Positions 1 to 11,100 of a stretch of DNA of 64,000 bases are shown here, piece after piece. The translations under genes and the position numbers were made by a program. The stretch lies in NCBI GenBank assembly GCA_964608675.1, contig CAZSOZ010000003.1:10900-74899 (forward strand). Direction: 5' to 3'. Numbering within the stretch: the first letter of the stretch is position 1; every line of letters starts with the position of its first letter. The notes under the pieces were generated by a model. The model searched no databases and was not told the DNA's origin. It saw only the letters and a list, made by a program, of their open reading frames with translations. This DNA is from an uncultured archaeon (lineage in GTDB: Archaea; Iainarchaeota; Iainarchaeia; Iainarchaeales; 1-14-0-10-31-34).

Positions 1-3000
1 TAAAATTTGTTCTTCGCTTCCAATCAACAAATTTGTTTCAGTGAAATCTGAAATTTCTGCGTCAACTAATCCTTTAAAGGAATCAGTTAATTCAACTCCG
101 ATTATTGTTAACGGCATTTCAGTAATGTTTTTCAGAGTAATATCTCTTGTTATTCTTCTTTCAGGTTTTTTTGCATTAAAAGTTTCTTTTATTTCTGTTG
201 GCATAAAAGAAACAATGTTTTCTTTTACTTGAATTATTTTTTCTGTTGGATTGAATCCTGCTTTTTCTGCTGTAATAATTATTTCGGTTCCTGCATTTAA
301 TGGCTCAAAAGAATAAGCATAAATCCCTTTTGAATCTGTTTTTCCGATTGAAATTATTTCGTTGTCTTTTTTTATTTTAACTGTTGCTTCAATTAAATCA
401 TTTTCTTGTTTCTCAGCTAAATGTACTAATAAATTGTTTTGAATAAACGGCAGTAAATTTTTTGGGGAAGTTTCTATTTTCATGTTTTTTGCCATTGCAA
501 CTTCTGCTCTGATTGGATTAAACAATATTTTTTCTTTTCCTAAATTCAGGCTTTCTCCAAACAAACTGAAATCAATTCTGTTTGTTCCCTCGCTTTTTGT
601 TGTAAAATTAATTTTGCCTGAAATTTTTTGTCCTTTGGAAATAGTTCTTGTTGGAATAATTATTTTTCCTTCAGCGTTTTTTTGGATTCCTTCTATTTCA
701 TATGAATTTAATTCCAGTCCTTTTCCTTCTATTGCCAGTTCGCTGTTTGAATAACTTTTTTCGTTTATGCTGATTATATTGAATTCTATTTCATAATTGC
801 TTGAAATTTTTGCCGGAAACGAATCAACAATATTTGTTCTTGTTGCATTTGCTATATCTCTTACTGTAAAGCTTGTGCAAAAGTTTTCTGAACACAAACT
901 TGATGCCCCAATTTTTAATGGTTCATGCCTTGTTTCTGCATACAATGCCTGTTTTGCTGTAGTGCTTTCTGTTTCCTGTAATTCTTCGTCGAAAGGATCT
1001 CTTTGGTAGCCTGAATCAATTACCCATCCTCTGTAAGCTATTTCTAAAGGAGAACCGCTCAATAAATCTTTTACTTGAATTACTGTTTCAATTTCATATA
1101 CTCCTTCTTGAACGTCATTAAAAATCACATTTGTCCATTTAGCGTTTCCTGAAGTTAAATGGCTTGAATCAATTCCATAACCTGTATTGGGATTAAAGGT
1201 TGTTCCTTTAATTATTTTTGCGTTTGCAGCACTAATTTTTTTAATATACAAATCGTCTTTTTCCATTGTATTATTCTGGTTTTTTGTGTCTTCTCCTGTT
1301 CTTATATGAATTCCTGCTTCATTTGAATAAACTCCTTTTGGAATCATTAATTTAAATACTGCTTTGTATGTTTTTCCCTGATTGACTGTTTCGTCTTCCA
1401 GAGTTTCTCCGTTTAATTTTAGTTCCTCTAATTTTACTGCAAAAGAATTAATTGAATCCTCTAATACAATTGTTTTTTCTTCTGTTCCGTCAAACATTTG
1501 AATTGGTGCACTAATGTAATTTGAGTGCCCTGATTCATTCACTTCCAAAAAAACTTTTTTGTCTGCTCTTATATTAAAGCTTTTTTTGCCTTCAGTGTCA
1601 GTGGAATATCTTGCATATTCTTTTCCTGTAAAATAATCAATTACTTTTACTGTTGCTGACTGAATTGCCTGTTTTTCTTTATCCAATATAATTACATCCA
1701 AAGTTCCCTGCCCGATATTCAAAGTAATTGTAATATCCTGAGGTTCTTTTTCTTTTATTGTGATTTTTCGTGAATCTTTTCCTTCAAATCCTCTTTTTTC
1801 TGCACGAATAATGTATTCTCCTTCAGGAACTCTTTCAAACACTGCTTTTCCGTCAAAACCAGTTATTTTTTCTTCTCCAACAATATTCAAAGTTAATGCA
1901 TCTTTTAAGAAAATTTTAGTGTTTTCTACAGGCTGTCCTTTTTCATCCACTACACTTACATTTATTGCTCTTTTATTTGAAGGAGTTGCTTCCTTCAAAA
2001 CAAATTCAAAGTAATCCGCTGAAGGCAAAACATTTTTTGAATCAGAATTCAGATAATCAGGATGAGTGACTGAAGCAGAATAATTAATTTGCTCTGAAAC
2101 CTTAAAAATTGCATTACCGCTTGAATCAGTTCTTTTGTCTCTTAATTCTGCTCCATCTTTAAACAATTTAATTAAAGCATTTTCAATTGGATTTCCTTCA
2201 ATGTTTTTTACTTTAATTTTTATTTCTCCTATTATTCCTTCCTCTAAAACAATTTCAAATTCTTGATTCATGTTGTTTGAATTAATTGTCAAAGTTGTTG
2301 TTTGTTCCCTTGAATCATAATCTTTCCATTTTCCTGTCCAGTCGGTTGTTCTAATATAATAAGTTCCGAATGAAACTTCTGCTGAACACATTCCATTATA
2401 AGTTGAACAAGAATTTTCTTCTATTGTGCTTCCGATTGGAAGAGCCATTGCTTCTATTCCATTCAATAAATTTCCTTGTTTGTCCATTACAGTGAAATCA
2501 ATTATTCCTTTTTCTGTTTCATTTTCTTCCAAATAAATTTTGATTAAAGAAGTGTCTGCAGTAAAATCACAGTCTTCGCAGGTTTTTCCGAATGGTTCAG
2601 CTAAAATTGTTCCGCAGTCTGCAGGAACATCATTTAATTGAGTTGAACCAGTGTTTACGGTTATTGTTTCATTCCATTCGTTGTTCTGGGAACAATTAAA
2701 TCTTACAGTTAATTCTTCTTCAAGGAGTTCGTTTCCTTTTCCTAAAAGCTGGACTTCAATTGGCTGCATTACGCTTGGATTTAATTCAATTGTTCCGCTT
2801 TTTTTTTCTGCATCAAATTTTTTTGTTTCTTTTTTGAATCCTGTTTTTTCTGCGCTGACAGTAAACTCTTTTCCAATAACAACATTTAATTCAGCTTTTC
2901 CGTCTTCATTTGTCTGAACAATTTTTTTTTCTTCATTAACATAATAAGTTATTACTGCGTCTTCAACAGGAACGCTTCCATCATTTACAGTTAATTCAAA

Positions 3001-3216
3001 TGAAGTGGTTGTTTGAAGAATGCCTTCTCCTGACAAAATAAAATAAATTCCGGTTAAAAGTGCAAGCAGTAAAATCAAAAAAACAGGAAAGGAAGGAATG
3101 CTTTTTGATTCAATAAAATCAATGGCTTTATATACAGGAATTCCTGCTTTATCCAAGCCATCCATTAAATCATAATATTTTTCTTCTATTCCGGAATAAA
3201 TCTCTTTTACACCCAT
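1..3216 (-). CDS. Giant surface protein paralog (partial, continues beyond window start). It has an N-terminal cytoplasmic module plus signal-anchor and beta-sandwich repeats.
   Basis: No complete minus-strand ORF is listed for 1-3216 although there is a continuous reading frame. Hand translation from the ATG at 3214-3216 gives MGVKEIYSGIEEKYYDLMDGLDKAGIPVYKAIDFIESKSIPSFP followed by a hydrophobic stretch. This N-terminus is clearly paralogous to that of the 2481-aa ORF (EIY..IE.K.Y..D.LE.KG.PVY..ID.IE.K.IP.FP then a TM segment). Confidence 0.6.
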   Translation of the reverse strand, partial: MGVKEIYSGIEEKYYDLMDGLDKAGIPVYKAIDFIESKSIPSFPVFLILLLALLTGIYFILSGEGILQTTTSFELTVNDGSVPVEDAVITYYVNEEKKIVQTNEDGKAELNVVIGKEFTVSAEKTGFKKETKKFDAEKKSGTIELNPSVMQPIEVQLLGKGNELLEEELTVRFNCSQNNEWNETITVNTGSTQLNDVPADCGTILAEPFGKTCEDCDFTADTSLIKIYLEENETEKGIIDFTVMDKQGNLLNGIEAMALPIGSTIEENSCSTYNGMCSAEVSFGTYYIRTTDWTGKWKDYDSREQTTTLTINSNNMNQEFEIVLEEGIIGEIKIKVKNIEGNPIENALIKLFKDGAELRDKRTDSSGNAIFKVSEQINYSASVTHPDYLNSDSKNVLPSADYFEFVLKEATPSNKRAINVSVVDEKGQPVENTKIFLKDALTLNIVGEEKITGFDGKAVFERVPEGEYIIRAEKRGFEGKDSRKITIKEKEPQDITITLNIGQGTLDVIILDKEKQAIQSATVKVIDYFTGKEYARYSTDTEGKKSFNIRADKKVFLEVNESGHSNYISAPIQMFDGTEEKTIVLEDSINSFAVKLEELKLNGETLEDETVNQGKTYKAVFKLMIPKGVYSNEAGIHIRTGEDTKNQNNTMEKDDLYIKKISAANAKIIKGTTFNPNTGYGIDSSHLTSGNAKWTNVIFNDVQEGVYEIETVIQVKDLLSGSPLEIAYRGWVIDSGYQRDPFDEELQETESTTAKQALYAETRHEPLKIGASSLCSENFCTSFTVRDIANATRTNIVDSFPAKISSNYEIEFNIISINEKSYSNSELAIEGKGLELNSYEIEGIQKNAEGKIIIPTRTISKGQKISGKINFTTKSEGTNRIDFSLFGESLNLGKEKILFNPIRAEVAMAKNMKIETSPKNLLPFIQNNLLVHLAEKQENDLIEATVKIKKDNEIISIGKTDSKGIYAYSFEPLNAGTEIIITAEKAGFNPTEKIIQVKENIVSFMPTEIKETFNAKKPERRITRDITLKNITEMPLTIIGVELTDSFKGLVDAEISDFTETNLLIGSEEQIL

Positions 3217-3322
3217 AAATACCTTTCCCCTTGCAATTATGTTTACGTTGTATAAATAATTACTTTTGTGTATTTAATTCTTTATATAGTTTTGTCTTTT
3301 TTTTATTTTAATTTCGTTTAAT

Positions 3323-5116
3323 TCAGCTTAAAGGTTTGCATCCTCCGGTGCTTTCTCCTATGCCGAAATCAGTTCCTTCGCTGAATTCATATCTTTCACA
3401 AATCCATTCATTTCTGTTGCAGGAATTGTTTGTTTCATTTTGCAGTCCGCAGGTTGTGCTGTTAACAAAAAATTGTTTTGTTTGATGAAATTTTTCTTCA
3501 GTTGAATTTGGAGTAAATTTGTTGTCAACAATTTTAATTACATAAACTGGTTCTTTTGTTTTGTCTATAATATAATTCTTGTTTTTTTCTTTGAATGCAA
3601 TGTTCACTTCAACTTTTGTTACTTCAGTGCAGGTTCCGTAATCTGCACTATAGTTGTCTGAAAAATCAGAAAAGCAAGGGCTGTCTTCTGAAGTCTTCTG
3701 AATTACTTCTCCTTGTTCATTTAATCCTATTCCATATTTTCCCCATGCATTCCCCCATTCCATAGGACAGCTTCCATCAACATTTGCTCCATAAGAATAT
3801 TCTGTTGCATTATCTAATTGAATGCTGTTAATTCCTTTTTGATTTATTTTAACTGAATTTCTTGCCCAGTCTTCTATTTTAATTGAAACAGAACTTTGGT
3901 TTGAAAGCATGCATGAAAAAGCAGAAGAAGAAATATTTTCTGCTTCATCCAAAATGAATTCATCTTTTGTTCCGTTTACTTTTGGGTCAAGATAATTTTC
4001 TGATGAATAATTGTTTCTTATAATTTCGCATAATCTTCTTGCAGTTAATTCCCTTAAAGCCTGCTGTTCGCTTGTTCTGTTTCCCATTAAAAATTCATCT
4101 ATTACAGGAATTTGCTGGTCTGCTTCTTGTTCAGTGCACATTCCTCTTTCTGCCATGCTTGAACTGCAAAAAATTTCTGTTTGTGTTTGATAAGCGTTTC
4201 CTGAAGGGCAGGGAACATCCATGTTTTTTTTTAGCGGAGAAACAAAAGGATTTTTTCTTATATTGCAGTACCCTGGATCACAGAAACCTAATTTCATTTC
4301 TTCTATTTCGTTGTGAATTCTTAAAGAAAACAACCCGTAATTTTCTTTCCATGTGTTTGCTTCTTCTTTTTCAAACTCTAATGCCAGTGCTCTGGATTCA
4401 GCCAAAGCTTTAAACAACCTGATTGGAATATAAATTTTTATGTTTCCTTTTGGAAAAATTGATTCCTGCAAAACCCTGTCAGTTCTTGGATTATAAATTT
4501 TTATTTGTGGAAAAGATTCATAGGTTTCCTCACTTATTTCTTCTATTTTTAAATTCAAATAAAATGTTCCAATACAATTTTTTGGGTTTCCGTTTTCGCA
4601 TTCAACTACTTCAAAAAAATTTCCTGAATCAACGCTTTTTTCAAACATTTTTTGCAGGGATTCAGTTAAAATTCTTCTCTGTTCTTCTGAAGTTTTTCCT
4701 TTATGAACTATTGAAATTTCATAAGGTCCCACAAACCTTTTTTGAGGCCATGATTCAATTAATGCATTGCTGATTTGCTCTGTGAATGCTGTTCCTCCTC
4801 CTGCTCCAAAAAATCTTTCTCCAAAGCGTTCTTTCATTTCATTAAAAGAGTCATCCAAAGGATAAATTGTTATTTCATTTTGTTGTACAAAAAAATATGA
4901 TTCCATTGTTTTTCTTAAAGAATAATTAAATGTCTGCAGTGCTTCTGCCCTGCTTAAGTCTGCCATTGCCTGCATTTCTGCTTGTTCTTCTATATTAGAA
5001 ATTAATTCTGTTCTGTCTCTTTCTGCTTTAATCATTGTCTGAACAATCATTGCAGTCAATAAAATTAATACAAATGAAACCAAAGCAGTAAACAAAGTGA
5101 ATCCTTTTTTATTCAT
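3323..5116 (-). CDS. Large (597 aa) prepilin-like secreted protein with a class-III/type-IV-pilin-like leader
   Basis: The N-terminus MNKKG|FTLFTALVSFVLILLTAMIVQ is a short basic leader, then Gly, then a roughly 20-aa hydrophobic segment, which is the prepilin-peptidase substrate architecture. A large Cys-containing hydrophilic body follows. The gene lies between the two giant paralogs. Confidence 0.6.
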   Translation of the reverse strand: MNKKGFTLFTALVSFVLILLTAMIVQTMIKAERDRTELISNIEEQAEMQAMADLSRAEALQTFNYSLRKTMESYFFVQQNEITIYPLDDSFNEMKERFGERFFGAGGGTAFTEQISNALIESWPQKRFVGPYEISIVHKGKTSEEQRRILTESLQKMFEKSVDSGNFFEVVECENGNPKNCIGTFYLNLKIEEISEETYESFPQIKIYNPRTDRVLQESIFPKGNIKIYIPIRLFKALAESRALALEFEKEEANTWKENYGLFSLRIHNEIEEMKLGFCDPGYCNIRKNPFVSPLKKNMDVPCPSGNAYQTQTEIFCSSSMAERGMCTEQEADQQIPVIDEFLMGNRTSEQQALRELTARRLCEIIRNNYSSENYLDPKVNGTKDEFILDEAENISSSAFSCMLSNQSSVSIKIEDWARNSVKINQKGINSIQLDNATEYSYGANVDGSCPMEWGNAWGKYGIGLNEQGEVIQKTSEDSPCFSDFSDNYSADYGTCTEVTKVEVNIAFKEKNKNYIIDKTKEPVYVIKIVDNKFTPNSTEEKFHQTKQFFVNSTTCGLQNETNNSCNRNEWICERYEFSEGTDFGIGESTGGCKPLS

Positions 5117-5150
5117 TCATATTCCTTTAGTTTTATTGTTTTTTTATTCT

Positions 5151-8100
5151 TTACTCGTTTTTTTCTTTTATTGCTTTTTGGTATATTTCAATTAGTTCCT
5201 GGCTTAACATTTCCGGTTCTGATTCACATGAATCTGAATCAAGTCTTTCTGAATTCTTTATGTTTGCTAAATTTTCGGATGCAACTTCAGAATAAGTGTA
5301 AATTGGTTTTCCTGTATTATATCCTGCTTTTATTTTAACTTTGTATGTTTTTCCTTTTTCAAATTCTATTGCATTTAATTCTGCTTCAGGTTCATTGATT
5401 TTGTCATAGTCGCCCATTAATGCATTTGCAAGCATCCATCCTGCTATTCCTCCAGCCATTGTTCCTCCGCTTCTCAAAAGCCCTTTGGCAAGCCTTGACC
5501 ATTTCGGATTTTTTGCTGAAAATGCTTCCAGTTTTGTTTGTTTGGAAACTGCTTGTTCTTGTCCTAATTGTTTTGTTATTGCTTTTTGTGATGCTCCTGA
5601 AGGGGCTTTTATTGTTTTTTTTGCTTGACTGATGTCATCAACTGTTTTATCTACAAACTTGTTTTTCATTTCTAAAAGTTTTTTTCCTTCAGGGGTTGCA
5701 GGATTTGCTTTTGCATCAACTTTTGCTCCCCAGTCTTCAATTCTTTTTATTAATCCTGTTTCAGCGTCTCCTGCGATTCCGTCAATTATAAAAGAAGGAT
5801 TTCTTCCGCTTCCAAGCCCTCCGACAGTATTTCTAAATGTTTCATCTACAAACATTTGAGCATTAATTCCTCTTCCCTGAACTCTTGTTTTTCCTATAGC
5901 TTTAATTAATTCATCATAAGCTGAATCAAATCCAGTATAATTAGGATCGGTTATTCCTTCTATTAAAATTCTTTTAGATCCTGTTATAGGCACTTTTATT
6001 TCAATAAATCTTTTTCCGGCAACATCAATTGTTTTTCTGAATCCAGGCACTTTAATTGGCTTTGCTGTGTCTGCATAAGTTCCTATTTTTGTTATTTCTG
6101 TTTTTGTTAAAGTTTTTTTGGCGCCATTGTATCCTGAAATATCTTTTTTTATTAATGAAAATTCGTCAATTAATTCTTTGTCTCCGATTGAAGCTAAAGC
6201 GTCTGCGGTTTCTTTTGCTTTTTTTGCTTCCTCGCTTAAAGGAAGAACATTTTTTATAGTTTCTTTTGCGCCTTGATTGATTGCATGAAGTTTAACGGTT
6301 TCCCTGAAAAACTCGTCGTTGCTTAATCCTGTTCCTTTTTGGACTTCTTCTAGTTCGCCTGCATCAATTCCTATTGATTTTAATCCTGTTTTAAATGAAT
6401 TTTCAGTTATTTCTTTTACTTCTTTTCCTGAAGAAAAAGCAGCAATTCCTATTGCAGGAGCTGTTCCAAAAAGCATTTCTTTTGCAATCATTCCTGCTCC
6501 AAGGGTTCCGCCTGTTGCTGCAGCAGTAATTGCAAACCCTGCAATAGAACCTATTCCGTATCCAACCAAACCCCATGCTTTTCTTTCATTTATCTGGCTT
6601 TGCCTTTGAGCTGAAGGGCTTTCTTTTGGATGCTTTAAATAATATGCATTCATTAAAACTTCAAACGGAATTTTGTTTGGTTCTCCCTTCCAGTCAATTG
6701 TTGCATAATAGTTTCCGGGCTTGCTTATTTCTTTGCTTCTTTCAATGAATTCAATTGGGCTGATTGAACATACTCCAAACTGCAGGGTTTTTTCTTTTAA
6801 TCCTGTGACATTTAATTTTAATTTAGAGTTTTTTGCCAGCCTTGGGTTTTCTGAGCCAGTAAAACAAAGCTTGAATTCAAATTCATAGTTTGTGCCTGCT
6901 TCCTTCCATTCCACGTTGTTTAAATTAAATTCTGTTTCTCCTTTGTTGGTTATTTCTCTTCCGTCAGAATACTTAAAGACGGTTTCATTTTTTTGTATTC
7001 CCTGCAGGTTTTCATTAACAAAATCAAGAGAAAGTTCTGCTTCAGGAGCATTTAATTTGCTTGACATTTTTAAGTCAACACAGTTTTCTGCATTAGGATA
7101 AAGATTAACAAAGTTTTCTGTTTCTATCCACTTCAAGTTTGCTATTTCAGAAATATTTTTAACTGAACCTAAAATCAAATAATCCATTTCACTTGAAATG
7201 CATCCTTGTTCTATTTTTCCGTTTTTCAGGTTTGAAATAATTAAGCCTGCTTCTCCTGCAATATCGTTTTGTATTTCTTCGCTTGAATTAAAATACTTAT
7301 CAGTTATGTATACGTCTATTTGTTTTGGTGTATTGCTTGCTCCGCTTCTTTCTATTTCTATTTTTACTATTCCTTTTGTTTGATCAAAGCTTCCTTTGCT
7401 TACTCTTATTAAATTATTTTCCTGATTTTGTGTTACTCTTGCTCCTTGATTGTCTTTGAATAAGGTTTTTGAAAAACTTTTTTGGAGTTCTTCTATTTCA
7501 GGATTTCTTATTATTAATCCAAGCCAGCTTCCGTTTCTTCTGCTTGGACTGTAGTCTTCGTTTACCGGCAGAAAGTTCATGAAATTTTGTATTCTGTTAT
7601 AGCATTCTGGTGTTTCTTCTCTGCTTCCTTCAATTTTTAACAGCAGGCTGACTGAATCTTTTCTTATTTCGTTTCCGTTTACTGCTACTGCTCCAATAAA
7701 TTTTGCCTGATATCTTCCGCATCCTCTTATTGACGGCAGTAACAGCAAATGTTCTCCGAATGATTTTCCTGCTGTTGAATACAATTCTTGTTCTGTTTCA
7801 CCGTGCCTTATATACAGGCTTTGTATTTCTTTTGCTCCTAATTTTTTTATTTCGCTTTCAAGCATGCTTGTTGTTAAATTATCGTTTTTGAAATAAAATT
7901 CAAATGATTCTGTTGTTATTCCCATTGCTCCGAATGAACAATAATCTTCAATTAAATTGCATTTTGCTCCTAAATTTTCAACGCTTTTTACATCTGATAT
8001 TCTTAACTGCGCTTTTCTTAATTCTTCTTCTATTTTTTCTGCTAAAAATCTTCCTAATTGTTGTGCATCACAGTAGCCTTGTCCGCAGTTTTCTGACTGC

Positions 8101-11100
8101 TTTGGAAAATAAACTGCTGTTGTTTCTGGTTTATCGCAGTAATCTAATGTTGTTTCGTTTTCCCATTTGCAGGGCTCGTTTTCGTTTCCGCATTCCCCTG
8201 AACCTTTTCCTATTGCTATTTCTATTTCAAAAGGCATTGAATGAATTGTTTTTGCAGGCATTGATTTTTCTCCTATTCCTATTACTTTTATTTTTATTTT
8301 TTGGTTTGCTTCTGATTCTTTTGTCAGCCTTAAAATGAATTCATCTTTTGTTCCTGGAGGCAGAGTGTATCCTGAATCAATTAAAGTTATGTTATTTCCT
8401 CCGATTTTTTCCGGTTCAATTCCTATTATTCTTACTGGTTCAACGCAGTTGTTTACAATATTTAAACTTTTGTCTATTGAACCAAATTCTGCGTTCGGAG
8501 AATTGAACAGCATGTCGTCTGACCATGCTTCCAAGCAACTCCAGCCTGCGCTTACATTTACAAATACATTTATTTCTCTTAACGCATATTGTCTTCCGTT
8601 GATTGTTCCTGACACAATTATTTTTCCTGTTATTCTTTGGTTTTCTGATGTATTGGTTTCTGCTTGAATTACTGCAGGCGGAATTAATGCCATTCCTCTT
8701 CTTAATTCTGGAACATTTCTTCCTTCACTGTATCCATAACTTACTGTTATTTTTGTGTTTGCAGGTTTATTGAATTCTGTTGCAAAAGTTAAATTTGTAA
8801 TGTCTGCTAAACCTGTATTTCTTATATACAGCGGATGAACTGCTGTTGCTTTTTCTTTTTGTTTGCTTTGAGTCAGCCATAATACAACTGAAGGACTTGC
8901 TTCTAATGCAAACATTTCATGCCATAAAATTATTCTTGCAGGAATGCTTTTGGTTAACTGCCTTGACGCCAAAAACAAATCGTAATCTAATTCATTTTGT
9001 CTTGCATAATTTCTTTGTATTTTGTTTATTACTCCTATTTTGATTGTTTTTACTTCGTCTTTTGCTATTTTTATTGTTCCTGAACTGAATTCTATTTCTT
9101 TGTCTGAATGGTTTTTTGGATGAACTTCTAATTCAAACTGCAGTGCCTGATTGCAGTTGTTTTTTAATCCTAATTCAAGTTCTTTTGAATTGCCTCCTGC
9201 TCCAATCAAGTATTCTTTTAATTCTGTTTTATCAAATTCAAGGCAGTCTTCTTTGAGTTTCTGGTTGTAGTTTGCTTTAATTTTTGTTTTTGTTTTTATT
9301 GGAATTCCTTCAATGAATCCTGTAATTATTATTTCTGCTTCTCCGTGGAATACTGCTGTATTTGTTCCTGAATACTCTAATATTATTTCTGTCTGGTTTT
9401 CTTCTTTTGCTGAAAGAACTGCAGGAGGATTAACGCTTAACTTAAATTGTTTTGGGAAATTTCCTGAAGGAATTATTTCTGCAGTAATTCCTTCAATTGT
9501 TTTTTCAGTTAAATTTTTTATTTGAATTCTTTTTGATGTAAACAAGTCTCCTGAAGGAATATTTATTTCTGCTTCTGATTCTATTTCAAGTCCTTCTCCA
9601 AATTCAATCTGGAGTTCTTTTTCTTTTGTTTTAAATTTGTCTGCTTTTATTTTAATTAAATAATTTCCTGCTTCAAGATTGTTTTCTATTCTGTATTTTC
9701 CGTTTCTTCCGTTTAATTCGTTTCCTGTAATTGTTTTTTCAAGCCTTCCTTTAATATTATAAAATTCTATTTCCGCGTTTTCTATTCCTTTTCCCTGATT
9801 GTCTTTTACGTTTATTTCAAAATCCTGTCCTTTTCTTGCTGTTTCTGGAGCTTGTATTTCCATTTTCTGTTCTTCAAATACTTTAAAATAAAAGTTTTCT
9901 GTCATTGAATCTTTTGGAGTCAATGCAATTGATTTAATTGAACTTTCCCCTGTTTTTTTTGCTTTAAAGTATACTCTTATTTTTGTTCCTTCTCTTGAAA
10001 TAATTTCCTTGAATTCAATTGAAGTATCGCTTTTATTGTTGTCTATAAACTGGCTGAATGAATTAACTTCTTTTCCTGTAAAACCTATTTTTGGGTTTTC
10101 TTTTGAAGTAGTAATCCTGAAAGTTGTTTCAACTGAAAGTCTTGCTTCTGCATTCATTTCCAGTGCATAAACTTTTCCTTTTACTGCAAAAAAATCTTTT
10201 TTGTCATATACTCTTTCGTCTTCGTCTTTCAAAACATATTCAATGCATGCTTCTTCCATGCATTCAGGTTCTGAATCATAGACTTTTATTTCTATTTCTT
10301 TTGTGTCTGCATATAATGCTTGTTTTTCTTCTGTGGTTTTTTCTTTTTCAAGAACTTCATCAAAGGGATTCCTGTAATAGTATCCGTCTGCATAACTCCA
10401 TGCCCTGAACTGCATTCTTATTGTTTGATGTGAAATTAATTCTCTTGCTTTAATTCTTACTTTAATTATTTTTGTTCCTTCTGGTTCATTGAAATATAAT
10501 TCAATAAACTTGTTTAGTTTTCCTCCTTGTCCTGAATTAGAGTAATCTATTTCCTGGTAGCCCGGGGAAGGATTTGGAGTAAAGCTTCTTCCATAAAAAT
10601 ACTTGTTTGTTGGTGCATCAAATCCTGTTATTCCTATGTCTTCAGAGTCAGCGTATTTAATTGAATCAATTCCTGTTCTGAAATGAATTCCTCCTGATTC
10701 AAGGCCTTTGCTCCATTCAGTTTTAAATTTTAAAATGTAATCTTTTCCTTTGGTTATTCCTTCAACTTCGTTTCCTGCAATATCATATGCTCCTAAAAAT
10801 TCAATGTTTGGAGTTTTTTCTGTGTATTTTCTTGCATCTAAATCAACTTCAATCTCTGTTTTGCCTTCTAAGTTTATTTCTTCTGAGTATTTTGTTCCAT
10901 CTTCTTTTGTTAATTCAAATTCAACAAAATTGCTTTCTCCTGCTTCAAATAAAATTTCTTCTTCTATTTCTCCGTCAAATAATATTTCTCCTGCCTGATT
11001 TTTAATTATCAGTGTTCCTTTTGTTATTTTTCCTTGTGCATCAAAAAATTTAATGCTTTTAACTGAATCCTTTTTTTCCAGTTTTATTATCATGTTGTTA

